32,000 bases of DNA from Candidatus Paracaedimonas acanthamoebae (GTDB lineage: Bacteria > Pseudomonadota > Alphaproteobacteria > Caedimonadales > Caedimonadaceae). The position numbers and the translations under genes were made by a program. The notes under the pieces are model-generated. The model was not told the DNA's origin, made no database searches, and worked only from the letters and a program-made list of their open reading frames with translations. Below, piece after piece: positions 7,366 through 16,101 of the stretch (the first letter of the stretch is position 1; each line of letters begins with the position of its first letter). The DNA lies in the NCBI GenBank assembly GCA_000743035.1, contig CP008936.1, positions 1,140,001 through 1,172,000 on the forward strand. The letters run 5' to 3'.

Positions 7366-9567
7366 ATGAGATTTTTCACTCTCCCATCCTTCAACCTCTT
7401 TATAAAATGGAGGGTATGGCTTTTAATAGCTGCTGGCGTAGCTTGTGGAATAGCAACTTATTTTACATTCAGTAATGCCGGCCTGTTAGGGGTGAGTTCC
7501 CGTTCCATTGTTTTACTGTTAAATATGGATCTGGCAATTTTATTGCTGTTTGTGATTATAATTGCACGACGACTTGTCACATTATGGGGACATCGCCGTC
7601 AAAAACGCGCCGGTGCAAAACTTCATGCGCGATTAGCTCTCATATTTGGAGCTCTTACTGTTGCGCCTACTATATTTATTTCTATCACTTCAGGTTATCT
7701 TTTTAATGCTGGTATTGGATCATGGTTTAATGAACGAATTAGCACGGCACTTCAAGAATCTACAGCAGTTGCTGAGGCTTATTTAGAAGAGCACAAAAAA
7801 GTCATTAGAGCAAATTGCGAAGCAATGGCTCATACTTTAGCAGAAAATTTTCAACCTCTTTCAAATGATCAGATTCATTTTAATCAAGCACTTGATATAG
7901 AATTACAAGTACGCTCTCTAGATGAAGCCATTGTTTTTAACTCTTCAGAAGTTCTTGCCCGTTCCAGGTTAAGTTTTTCTCTTGAATTTGAACGTATTTC
8001 AGAACTTGATCTCGAAAGAGCCGAAAAATCTGTTGTCATTAATACTTCAGAAAGTGGCGACCGCGTCCGCGCTCTTATGAAGCTGCCTAGTTATAATGCC
8101 TACCTTCTTGTTGGAAGATTAGTTGATCCGCTTGTTTTAAAAAGAATTGCTAATGCTAAAGATGCTGTCAGCGAATATAACCAACTTCATGACATTCAAA
8201 AGCAATTAGAAATTAGGTTTGTGCTTGCTTTTATTTTGATTTCTCTGATTTTATTAGCAATTGCTATATGGGTGGGACTTAACTTTGCTAATCAGTTAGC
8301 TCATCCCATTATCGATCTCATTGAAGCTGCTGAAAAAGTGGCTTTAGGCAATCTTAATGTAACTGTCAAAGATGGCCGACAAGAGGACGAATTATCCATT
8401 CTCAGCCAGACTTTCAACCATATGACCTACCAGTTGAAAGCTCAACAACATGAGCTTATCGAAGCGAATCAGCAAATCGATCAAAGACGCCAATTTATTG
8501 AAGACGTATTAGCAGGAGTTAGTGCAGGTGTTATTGAACTTTCTTCTAAGGGAATCATCCGTTTGCTTAATCGTTCAGCACTTGAACTCCTCCGTCTAGG
8601 AGATCAAGAAATCCTTGGTCAAAAACTTGGAAAAATAGTTCCTGAGATGGCGGAAGTTCTCATGCAGGCGAGAGAAAGTAAAATTAACTTTTACCAAACT
8701 GAATTGAACTTAACACGAGAAGGTTTCACACGCGTTCTCTTAGTAAGGGTTGTTTATGAGAAAGGACAAAACTCCCAACAAGGAGTTATTGTCACATTTG
8801 ATGATATTACAGCCCTTGTTTTTGCTCAACGAAAAGCCGCATGGACTGATGTTGCCCGTCGCATAGCTCATGAAATTAAAAACCCACTTACACCTATTCA
8901 GCTCTCTGCTGAACGTCTGCGTCGGAAGTATCTTCCAGTACTTCAAGATGACTCACAAGCTTTTGAAACATGCATTGAAACTATCATTCGTCAAGTTGAT
9001 CATATCGGACGCATGGTCGCTGAGTTCTCTGATTTCGCTCGCATGCCAGCACCTCAAATAACACTTACTAATCTCATAGAATTGTGCAAACAAGCTATTT
9101 TCTTGCAACAATCTGCTCATCCAGAAATTGAGTTCGAATTTTCAACTGCTTACCAGCATATCGGCATCTATGCTGATTTATCTCAAATTGGCCAAGTTTT
9201 AACAAATTTGATCCAAAATGCTGTTGATTCAATTCTAAGCTGGCAGAGTGAAACTGAAGAAAAACCTTCCTTAGGTTGGATAGGATTCAAAATTGTCCTT
9301 GATAATACAAAATTGACTCTCTTGATTGAAGATAATGGAAAAGGTTTCCCTGAAAATCGCCCGTCTCTTACAGAACCTTATGTTACCTATCGTGAAAAAG
9401 GAACAGGTCTCGGACTTGCAATTGTAAAAAAAATTATTGAAGATCACGGTGGAGAAATTAACCTAGAGGATCGAAGTGTGAGAGGTGCTTGTGTGCGTAT
9501 TACCCTTCCAACTACAATTATAGAAAAGGTTGTTATGATGCCTTCTATCCCATTTAACATATCATAG
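7366..9567 (+). CDS. ntrY: sensor histidine kinase NtrY
   Basis: N-terminal TM segments, a second TM followed by a HAMP-like region (LAHPIIDLIEAAEKVALGNL), a PAS region, the H-box ARRIAHEIKNPLTPIQLSAERL, the N-box LTNLIQNAVDS and the G-boxes DNGKGF and GTGLGLAIVKKIIEDHGG. Located immediately upstream of ntrX. Confidence 0.9.
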   Translation: MRFFTLPSFNLFIKWRVWLLIAAGVACGIATYFTFSNAGLLGVSSRSIVLLLNMDLAILLLFVIIIARRLVTLWGHRRQKRAGAKLHARLALIFGALTVAPTIFISITSGYLFNAGIGSWFNERISTALQESTAVAEAYLEEHKKVIRANCEAMAHTLAENFQPLSNDQIHFNQALDIELQVRSLDEAIVFNSSEVLARSRLSFSLEFERISELDLERAEKSVVINTSESGDRVRALMKLPSYNAYLLVGRLVDPLVLKRIANAKDAVSEYNQLHDIQKQLEIRFVLAFILISLILLAIAIWVGLNFANQLAHPIIDLIEAAEKVALGNLNVTVKDGRQEDELSILSQTFNHMTYQLKAQQHELIEANQQIDQRRQFIEDVLAGVSAGVIELSSKGIIRLLNRSALELLRLGDQEILGQKLGKIVPEMAEVLMQARESKINFYQTELNLTREGFTRVLLVRVVYEKGQNSQQGVIVTFDDITALVFAQRKAAWTDVARRIAHEIKNPLTPIQLSAERLRRKYLPVLQDDSQAFETCIETIIRQVDHIGRMVAEFSDFARMPAPQITLTNLIELCKQAIFLQQSAHPEIEFEFSTAYQHIGIYADLSQIGQVLTNLIQNAVDSILSWQSETEEKPSLGWIGFKIVLDNTKLTLLIEDNGKGFPENRPSLTEPYVTYREKGTGLGLAIVKKIIEDHGGEINLEDRSVRGACVRITLPTTIIEKVVMMPSIPFNIS

Positions 9568-9577
9568 GAATTAGGTT

Positions 9578-10954
9578 ATGGCACATGACATACTTATTGT
9601 AGATGATGAGGCGGATATTGGACGCCTTATTGCAGAAATCCTTGAAGATGAGGGATACCAATGTCGCTATGCAATGGATGGTACCAAAGCCTTGGAAGCA
9701 ATTCGCATGAGGCGACCAAGTTTAGCCATTTTAGACATATGGTTAGGTGATAGCCGTTTTGATGGTATGAAACTTTTGGAGCTTATCAAAAAGGATCATA
9801 CAGATCTTCCAGTTATCATGATGAGCGGGCATGGTACAATTGAAACTGCCGTTACTGCGATCAAAAATGGTGCCTATGATTTTATTGAAAAGCCATTTAA
9901 AGCAAATCGTTTATTATTGGTTATCGAAAGAGCTATTGAAGCTGCAAAACTTAAACGAGAAAATAAGGAACTAAAATCTAAGGCCCCCATCCTTACTCAA
10001 TTGATTGGCACATCACCTTCAACAAATCATGTACGACAACAAATTGAACGTGTTGCCGCGACGAGTAGTCGCGTTTTAATTTCAGGCGCATCTGGGGTTG
10101 GCAAAGAAGTGGTTGCTCGCCTTATCCACAATAAATCGCGAAGAGAAAAAGGGCCTTTTATTGTGCTAAATTGCGCAACTTTAAGTCCAGAACGCTTCGA
10201 AGAAGAGCTTTTTGGACAAGAAGGGGAGCAGGGTATCAAGATTGGACTTTTAGAACAAGCCCATCAAGGGACATTATTTCTTGATGAAGTTTCAGATATG
10301 CCTTTAGAAACACAAGGTAAGATCGTTCGTTCTTTGCAAGAACAAACCTTTTTAAGAGTGGGGGGAACTAAAAAAGTGCAAGTTGATGTGCGCGTGTTAG
10401 CCTCTACAACTCAAGATATAAAACAAGAAGTTATCGAAGGAAAGTTTCGCGAAGATTTATATTATCGCCTTAATGTTGTGCCGCTTCGTGTTCCTTGCCT
10501 TAAAGAGCGACGAGATGATATTCCTCAATTGGTGGAAGAATTCATCAGACGTATCGCGTTTTCTCAAGGTTTGCCAGAGCGAATTTTTACCAAAGAAACT
10601 CTTCTTGTTTTGCAATCATATGATTGGCCCGGTAACATACGACAGCTTAAAAATGTTATTGAATGGATCCTTATTATGGCAACGGAAAAAGATGATAATT
10701 ATATCACTCCCAATTTCCTACCCGCAGAAATCTGCGGCGAGACCCCCTCTTTACTACGAAATGAGGAAAGTTCTAAAATTATGAGTCTTCCACTGCGTGA
10801 AGCAAGAGAACATTTCGAGAAAGATTATCTTTTAGCACAAGTCGCTCGCTTTTCAGGTAATATTTCACAAACTGCCAACTTTGTAGGAATGGAACGTTCA
10901 GCTTTGCATCGAAAATTAAAAACTCTCCAGATCGAGCGTAACAACCGTTCATAA
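9578..10954 (+). CDS. ntrX: response regulator NtrX (receiver + AAA+ + Fis-type HTH)
   Basis: Receiver domain (ILIVDDEADIG...LAILDIWL), Walker A GASGVGKE, Walker B GTLFLDEV and C-terminal HTH GNISQTANFVGMERSALHRKLK. The GAFTGA loop is absent (see findings). Confidence 0.9.
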   Translation: MAHDILIVDDEADIGRLIAEILEDEGYQCRYAMDGTKALEAIRMRRPSLAILDIWLGDSRFDGMKLLELIKKDHTDLPVIMMSGHGTIETAVTAIKNGAYDFIEKPFKANRLLLVIERAIEAAKLKRENKELKSKAPILTQLIGTSPSTNHVRQQIERVAATSSRVLISGASGVGKEVVARLIHNKSRREKGPFIVLNCATLSPERFEEELFGQEGEQGIKIGLLEQAHQGTLFLDEVSDMPLETQGKIVRSLQEQTFLRVGGTKKVQVDVRVLASTTQDIKQEVIEGKFREDLYYRLNVVPLRVPCLKERRDDIPQLVEEFIRRIAFSQGLPERIFTKETLLVLQSYDWPGNIRQLKNVIEWILIMATEKDDNYITPNFLPAEICGETPSLLRNEESSKIMSLPLREAREHFEKDYLLAQVARFSGNISQTANFVGMERSALHRKLKTLQIERNNRS

Positions 10955-10978
10955 ACTAAACTGACAAAAAGAGGCTTT

Positions 10979-12355
10979 ATGCGAGTTATTATTTGTGGTG
11001 CTGGTCAAGTCGGATTTAATTTAGCTCGTTACCTTTCCGAGCGTGATAATCATGTTACCGTGATTGATTCTTCAGCGGAACTTATTAATAAAATTAATGA
11101 CCGCTTAGATGTGAAAGCCATTTGTGGGTTTGCCTCACATCCGGAGATTTTAGAAAGTGCAGGAGCAGACTCAGCAGATATGCTTATTGCGGTTACTTAC
11201 TCGGATGAAGTCAATATGATCGCATGTGAAATTTCTCATGCTCTCTTTAAAGTCCCAACAAAAATTAGTCGCGTTCGCAGTCAGGCCTACCTTGATCCAA
11301 AATGGTCTCGACTTTTTAGTAAAGAACATCTTAGCATTGATGTAGTTATTTCACCTGAAGTTGAAGTGGCAAAATCCATCAGCCAAAGCTTAAGCATCTC
11401 TGGTGCTTTTGACTTAATTTCGTTAGCAAATGGTCGAGTCAATATTGTGGCCGTAAGATGCACACAAGATACACCTGTTATTAATACCCCTATTAGTCAT
11501 GTGACCAGCCTTTATCCGGATCTAGATCTTACTGTTATAGGGATTGTTCGTGAAGACTATAATTTCCTTCCCCAACCCCAAGATATTCTTCAAGTAGGGG
11601 ATGCTGTTTATTTTGCAGTTGCTCAAGAACAAATTCCCTTAGCAATGAATGCTTTTGGATTTGAGTACCAAGCAGCACATAGACTTCTCATCTTGGGAGG
11701 TGGCAACATTGGCTTAAGCTTAGCACAAGAAATAGAACAATCATACCCCGGCGTACATATAGAAATTATTGAGAAGAACCCCACAAGAGCTGAAGCTATC
11801 GCAAGCTCCTTAAAGAATACAATCGTGCTTTGTGGAGATGCTCTCGACAGTGAAATTCTTCAAGAAGCAAGCGTATCCACAACAGAAACTGTTGTTGCTT
11901 TGACCGAAGATGATCGTGTTAATACTCTTGCCTCTCTTCTTGCAAAACGTTTAGGAGCTATGCGTGCGCTTGCTCTGATTAATAATACTTCTCACGCTCC
12001 TCTTGTAACTTCCTTGGGAGTTGATGCCATAATCAGCCCACGCAAAGTTACCGTTTCTAAAATTCTCCAACATGTACGAAGAGGTCGAATTAGATCTGTT
12101 CATTCTTTAGGTGAAAATTTTGGCGAAATAATTGAGGCTGAAGCAGTTCAAGCCTCTAGCCTGATCGGTTCAACAGTTCAAGACCTAAATAGCGATAAAG
12201 AAATTATTGTTGCAGCAATTATTCGTAATGCTGAAGTGATTATTCCACTTCCTGCAACCATTATTCAGCTAGAAGATCGAATTATCATTATGGTAGCGAA
12301 TCGAGCAATTTCAAAGATTGAAAAATTATTCTCTGCGAGAATCGATTATTATTAG
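10979..12355 (+). CDS. trkA: Trk potassium-uptake system NAD-binding protein TrkA
   Basis: Two tandem RCK/KTN units with Rossmann glycine motifs (IICGAGQVGFNLA and LILGGGNIGLSLA). The length of 458 aa is typical for TrkA, and the position after ntrX is conserved. Confidence 0.93.
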   Translation: MRVIICGAGQVGFNLARYLSERDNHVTVIDSSAELINKINDRLDVKAICGFASHPEILESAGADSADMLIAVTYSDEVNMIACEISHALFKVPTKISRVRSQAYLDPKWSRLFSKEHLSIDVVISPEVEVAKSISQSLSISGAFDLISLANGRVNIVAVRCTQDTPVINTPISHVTSLYPDLDLTVIGIVREDYNFLPQPQDILQVGDAVYFAVAQEQIPLAMNAFGFEYQAAHRLLILGGGNIGLSLAQEIEQSYPGVHIEIIEKNPTRAEAIASSLKNTIVLCGDALDSEILQEASVSTTETVVALTEDDRVNTLASLLAKRLGAMRALALINNTSHAPLVTSLGVDAIISPRKVTVSKILQHVRRGRIRSVHSLGENFGEIIEAEAVQASSLIGSTVQDLNSDKEIIVAAIIRNAEVIIPLPATIIQLEDRIIIMVANRAISKIEKLFSARIDYY

Positions 12356-12538
12356 TTAATAACACAGGCTACAGAGCCTCAAGAAAATTTTTGAATAATA
12401 ATTTTTCTCATATTGTTGCTAAAGAGTTTATTTTTAGGCTTATTTTAAACTTACTACTTTAAGCTATTTTAATTTTATATCTCTTACAAAGTATATTAAG
12501 ATATTTTTAAAAGATACAAGGAGTGAAGTAGATTAAGA

Positions 12539-13273
12539 ATGAAAAGAACAATCCATAATACTGAAACAGAAATAAATCCAGTAGATATTTTTGTAGGACA
12601 AAAATTAAGAGATTTCAGAGAAAAAGTAGGCTGGACCCTTTCTGATTTAGCAGACAAAGTTGGCGTCTCACACCAACAAATCCATAAGTATGAACAGGGG
12701 CTTACAAAAATTTCTGCTAGTATGCTTTACAAGCTGACTACTATTTTTAAAACTACCTCTAACTGTTTTTTTGAAGGCTTTAACCCGGAGGTTTTTCAAG
12801 ATAAAGAAATAAAAGCAGATGATCTTATTTCGCTCGAAACCAAAGGACATATTAATTTACTCCTTATCGAAGATAACCCGGCAGATGAATTTTTAGTCCG
12901 AAAGGTTCTTGAATCTGCAAAATATCAATTTGATATTTACTGTTTACACGAAGGGGATGAAGTTCTTGATTTTTTACGTCATAAAATTTCACTGACCTCT
13001 TTTTCACGCCCGGATATCATTCTTCTTGATCTTAATCTGCCTAAAGTTAATGGCCTTTCCATTCTAAGAGCATTGAAGCAAGATCGTGACTTGCAAGGAA
13101 TTCCTGTCCTTGTCTTAACCAGTAGCCTGAGCAAAATGGATATGGTGAATGCCTATAAGAATTATGCTAGTGGATATATTATCAAATCTTTTGAATTTGA
13201 AATTTTTAAAAAGAATTTGTTAATGGCTCTCAATTATTGGGTAGAAACTGTTGTTTTTCCTGAGCAAGCTTAA
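12539..13273 (+). CDS. hybrid regulator: N-terminal XRE (Cro/C1) HTH plus C-terminal receiver domain
   Basis: HTH: GQKLRDFREKVGWTLSDLADKVGVSHQQIHKYEQG. Receiver: LLLIEDNPADEFL (acidic pair), PDIILLDLNLP (phospho-acceptor Asp), VLVLTSS and GYIIKS (conserved Lys). Confidence 0.85.
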   Translation: MKRTIHNTETEINPVDIFVGQKLRDFREKVGWTLSDLADKVGVSHQQIHKYEQGLTKISASMLYKLTTIFKTTSNCFFEGFNPEVFQDKEIKADDLISLETKGHINLLLIEDNPADEFLVRKVLESAKYQFDIYCLHEGDEVLDFLRHKISLTSFSRPDIILLDLNLPKVNGLSILRALKQDRDLQGIPVLVLTSSLSKMDMVNAYKNYASGYIIKSFEFEIFKKNLLMALNYWVETVVFPEQA

Positions 13274-13311
13274 GAGAAAAACACTTAGCCGAGAAGAACA
13301 TATGGATCTCA

Positions 13312-13692
13312 TTAAGATACCCAAAGTATGGCGCTGAGCGTCAAAATAGCCCCTAATACAGCTATAATATTCACTCTTATGAGAACTTTATCCTTAATAA
13401 GGACACCATAAATAAGCCAACTTATTAAAGAAATAAGGGCAATTGTAAAACCACTCAAGGAAACTCCTTGGGCGTTTCCTGTGAGAAAGATCTTAATAGC
13501 TTGAAGATAAAAAAGAGATTGTCCCCCTATCCCCATATATAACATATATTTTTCATAATATTTTAAGAAGTTACTTTTGAGGAATTTTTCTTCATCTGTA
13601 ATTTTTACTTCTAACTGAGCGCTAGCAAGGTCTTTATTGTCATGATTCACTGCATTATCATAATTAACTGCTTTTTTATTACTTTGAATCAT
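13312..13692 (-). CDS. SemiSWEET/PQ-loop-like small membrane protein (3 TM) with an N-terminal extension
   Basis: The C-terminal ~75 aa (SLFYLQAIKIFLTGNAQGVSLSGFTIALISLISWLIYGVLIKDKVLIRVNIIAVLGAILTLSAILW) aligns by eye with bacterial SemiSWEETs (..PQ.IK......A..iS...F......L.LWLIYG.L..D..li..N). Here the PQ motif reads LQ. The true start may be an internal Met at 13545 or 13536. Confidence 0.55.
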   Translation of the reverse strand: MIQSNKKAVNYDNAVNHDNKDLASAQLEVKITDEEKFLKSNFLKYYEKYMLYMGIGGQSLFYLQAIKIFLTGNAQGVSLSGFTIALISLISWLIYGVLIKDKVLIRVNIIAVLGAILTLSAILWVS

Positions 13693-13885
13693 TAAATTTT
13701 TACTCCTTTATAATTTAATCATCTATATTTCCATTTTTTAAATAACACTGAAAATAAAATGGAAAATATAAAAGAAGAAAATTACTTACTTTTTAAACTT
13801 TTATAGTTAATTATTTTAATAAAAAATAAATTTGTCAGGCCGATTGAAACCTATAAATTTTCATTGGCACGCGGGGGAAGAAAAA

Positions 13886-14347
13886 ATGAATTCTAAACAA
13901 GTTTTTATAAAAAAATTGCAAGAAAAATTTCAATCTTTTGACAAAAATCTTTCTTACATAACAAGTGCTTCAGGAGATAGATTTATTAGTAAAAAATTGC
14001 TTATTTCTAAAAAATTAGACGACATTAACTCTCATCTTCAAGAAGCTTTTGACATTTATAAAAAAATTAAATTATCCAAAGAAGAAGACTGGAATGAACT
14101 TCATCCTCTTGCCTCAAAGACTTTTCACAAATTAACAAAAGAGTTCTCAATACTTATTAAAGATATTAAAAAGAAAAAGATGAACAAAGCTTCTCTTCAT
14201 CTCTTAAAGAAAGGTAAAATCTTTTTACATAATTTACAACTTTATATTAAAAAGCGTCCCTGCACATCTATGCTAACTGCTTTAAGTGTTGGTTTTACTT
14301 TTGGGAAAGCATTTATAGCCCAAGGTAAAAATACAAAATTTTCTTAG
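13886..14347 (+). CDS. DUF883/ElaB/YqjD-like tail-anchored protein
   Basis: The ATG at 13886 is preceded by GGGGAAG. The track ORF starts earlier at a TTG (13832). The protein is Lys-rich and helical. Its C-terminus KKRPCTSMLTALSVGFTFGKAFIA resembles the ElaB-family anchor (..RPWTSVG.AAAVGIFIGALL). Confidence 0.55.
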   Translation: MNSKQVFIKKLQEKFQSFDKNLSYITSASGDRFISKKLLISKKLDDINSHLQEAFDIYKKIKLSKEEDWNELHPLASKTFHKLTKEFSILIKDIKKKKMNKASLHLLKKGKIFLHNLQLYIKKRPCTSMLTALSVGFTFGKAFIAQGKNTKFS

Positions 14348-14772
14348 ATATTTTTCAAATGACCTGAAATTTCTTGTAGCGTGCAATGCGTAAGATCCTT
14401 GCTGACCTCCTTATAGATGAAAGCTTTAAACTTTGGGTCTAAAGTTTTCCTGAGGTCGCCAAGCATTTTAGGATCAGCAAATACTACAATACATTCCGTA
14501 GGATAAAACTTGAGGATACTTTTAAGCCCACGACTAATTTCTAATGAAAAGCTTTTTCTTTTATTTTCCTTTGCTTCATGACGAGGGTCAAAAAAGTGGC
14601 TTGAAACACCCATTTTATGAAAAAAATTATCGCGCCCTTTTTGGAGCAATATTTTCCACCATTTTTCTGCTTTTACGCTTTTTAAGAGATCTTGAACGCG
14701 ATTTCCCTTAGAAGAATAAAATTTAGCCACTTTACTATCCATAATTAAAATTAATGTGTTAGATGCAAGCAT
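14344..14772 (-). CDS. host-attachment-protein family (bacterial eRF1-like) protein
   Basis: The pattern LILIMDSKVAKFY...FFDPRHEAKENKRKSF...IVVFADPKMLGDLRKTL...KEVSKDLTH matches my memory of the 'host attachment protein' family. Confidence 0.55.
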   Translation of the reverse strand: MLASNTLILIMDSKVAKFYSSKGNRVQDLLKSVKAEKWWKILLQKGRDNFFHKMGVSSHFFDPRHEAKENKRKSFSLEISRGLKSILKFYPTECIVVFADPKMLGDLRKTLDPKFKAFIYKEVSKDLTHCTLQEISGHLKNI

Positions 14773-14954
14773 TGATTTTTTTCCTTTTTTTAAAAAAATT
14801 AAAAACTTCTTACCATAAAGAAATAATTTTCAACTATACTTACAAAAAATTTAGAAATTAAATTCTACTATCATTATTTAATTAAAAGAAATTAACCATT
14901 CCTAAAAAATATAGCCTAATAAAAAGGAAATAGGCACAAATATTTCTCGTATTG

Positions 14955-15368
14955 TCAGAGAATATTTGTTTTATCAGCTCTAGATTTTTGAAGCAAATTT
15001 TGAAATATAGGCAATGGTAAATATTGCTCTATCGTAAAAAGCAACGAGTGTTTCTGCTCGATGGTTTTCTTGATTGTTGCCAAATAACTTAACCACGAAA
15101 AGCATAAACTAAAGCCAAGCAAGACTAAAACCCAAAGAATAAGAGGTTTTTGATTACTATTGAGATTAGAAGTATCTCTCGTATAAGCTATAGCGGAAAT
15201 CCCCAGGGAATTAACTATGACCCAAAAATTATTTGCCGACTCTCTCAGTTGATTGCTTGTATTGATTGAATCATTGATGATCTTATATTGGTTTATAATT
15301 TGCCCTTGATTAGCATTTTTATTAAGAAATATTGCGTTCTTCCATTCTATATTTCGTTCATTCATCAT
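14955..15368 (-). CDS. small membrane protein, 2 predicted TM segments, function unknown
   Basis: ORF from the track. Hydrophobic stretches are FWVIVNSLGISAIAY and PLILWVLVLLGFSLCFSWLSYLA. Confidence 0.5.
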   Translation of the reverse strand: MMNERNIEWKNAIFLNKNANQGQIINQYKIINDSINTSNQLRESANNFWVIVNSLGISAIAYTRDTSNLNSNQKPLILWVLVLLGFSLCFSWLSYLATIKKTIEQKHSLLFTIEQYLPLPIFQNLLQKSRADKTNIL

Positions 15369-15559
15369 ATAAAAACTTCCTTTTTTAGTTATCTATAAGG
15401 AAATCCTTCCCCACCTTTTTGCTACGGCTCATCTCCTCAATAGTATGAGCGAAAGCAAAGGATCATAGTAGTTGAGATTTTCTCAATTATTCGCATGTTT
15501 ATAGATCTTTTTTTGGGTTACTGTTGTGTGGTTAGGCAAAAAAAGAAAGGAGTATGCCA

Positions 15560-15865
15560 ATGAAAAAACAAACAATATTTGCAACAGCTATTTTAGCAAC
15601 CCTATTACCTGGATGCGCTGTTTTACAGGATCGAGAAACAACAGGACAATATATTGATGATTCAGGGAAAACGGCAAGCATCAAATCAGCGCTTATTGCA
15701 GAACCTACACTCAATGCAACAGAAATCCATGTTGATACATTTAAAGATACGGTTCAATTAAGTGGTTTTGTCAGCACTTATGAACAAGCGCGTGTAGCAG
15801 AAAGAATTGCTCGAAATACTAAGGGTGTTAAGAGGGTTGAAAATAATATTAAAGTACGACGCTAA
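15560..15865 (+). CDS. BON-domain lipoprotein (OsmY-like)
   Basis: Signal peptide plus lipobox (MKKQTIFATAILATLLPG|C). BON domain: IHVDTFKDTVQLSGFVSTYEQARVAERIARNTKGVKRVENNIKV. The second ATG (15560) has AAAGGAG 7 nt upstream. The track start at 15554 is too close to the RBS. Confidence 0.8.
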   Translation: MKKQTIFATAILATLLPGCAVLQDRETTGQYIDDSGKTASIKSALIAEPTLNATEIHVDTFKDTVQLSGFVSTYEQARVAERIARNTKGVKRVENNIKVRR

Positions 15866-15872
15866 TATCACT

Positions 15873-15910
15873 GGGTTTGTAGGAATTCCTCCTACAAACC
15901 CTTATTTATT
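15873..15910 (+). terminator. rho-independent terminator after the BON gene
   Basis: A 12-bp perfect stem GGGTTTGTAGGA / TCCTACAAACCC with a 5-nt loop, followed by TTATTTATT. Confidence 0.7.
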
Positions 15911-16101
15911 ATCATAATTATCATTTTCTCTAGGGTTAAACCAAGGTTAGTGGTGGCTTACCTTTCAAAAGAAAATCCTTCCATTTTTAAACTTTTAATA
16001 ATAAAAATTCTTCATTATATAGCTTTAAAGTTATTTAATAAAAATCTTGCAAAGCTAAGGCTTATGAAAATTCTCATTAATTTAAACTTAGGGACTTTTT
16101 C

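Noticed and set aside
6255-12850. Short ORFs nested in or antisense to dusB, ntrY, ntrX and the XRE::receiver gene (6255..6482, 6415..6621, 8740..8946, 8870..9061, 10027..10239, 10473..10784, 12668..12850).
   Set aside because: Each lies entirely inside a well-supported longer gene and has no motif or translation signal.
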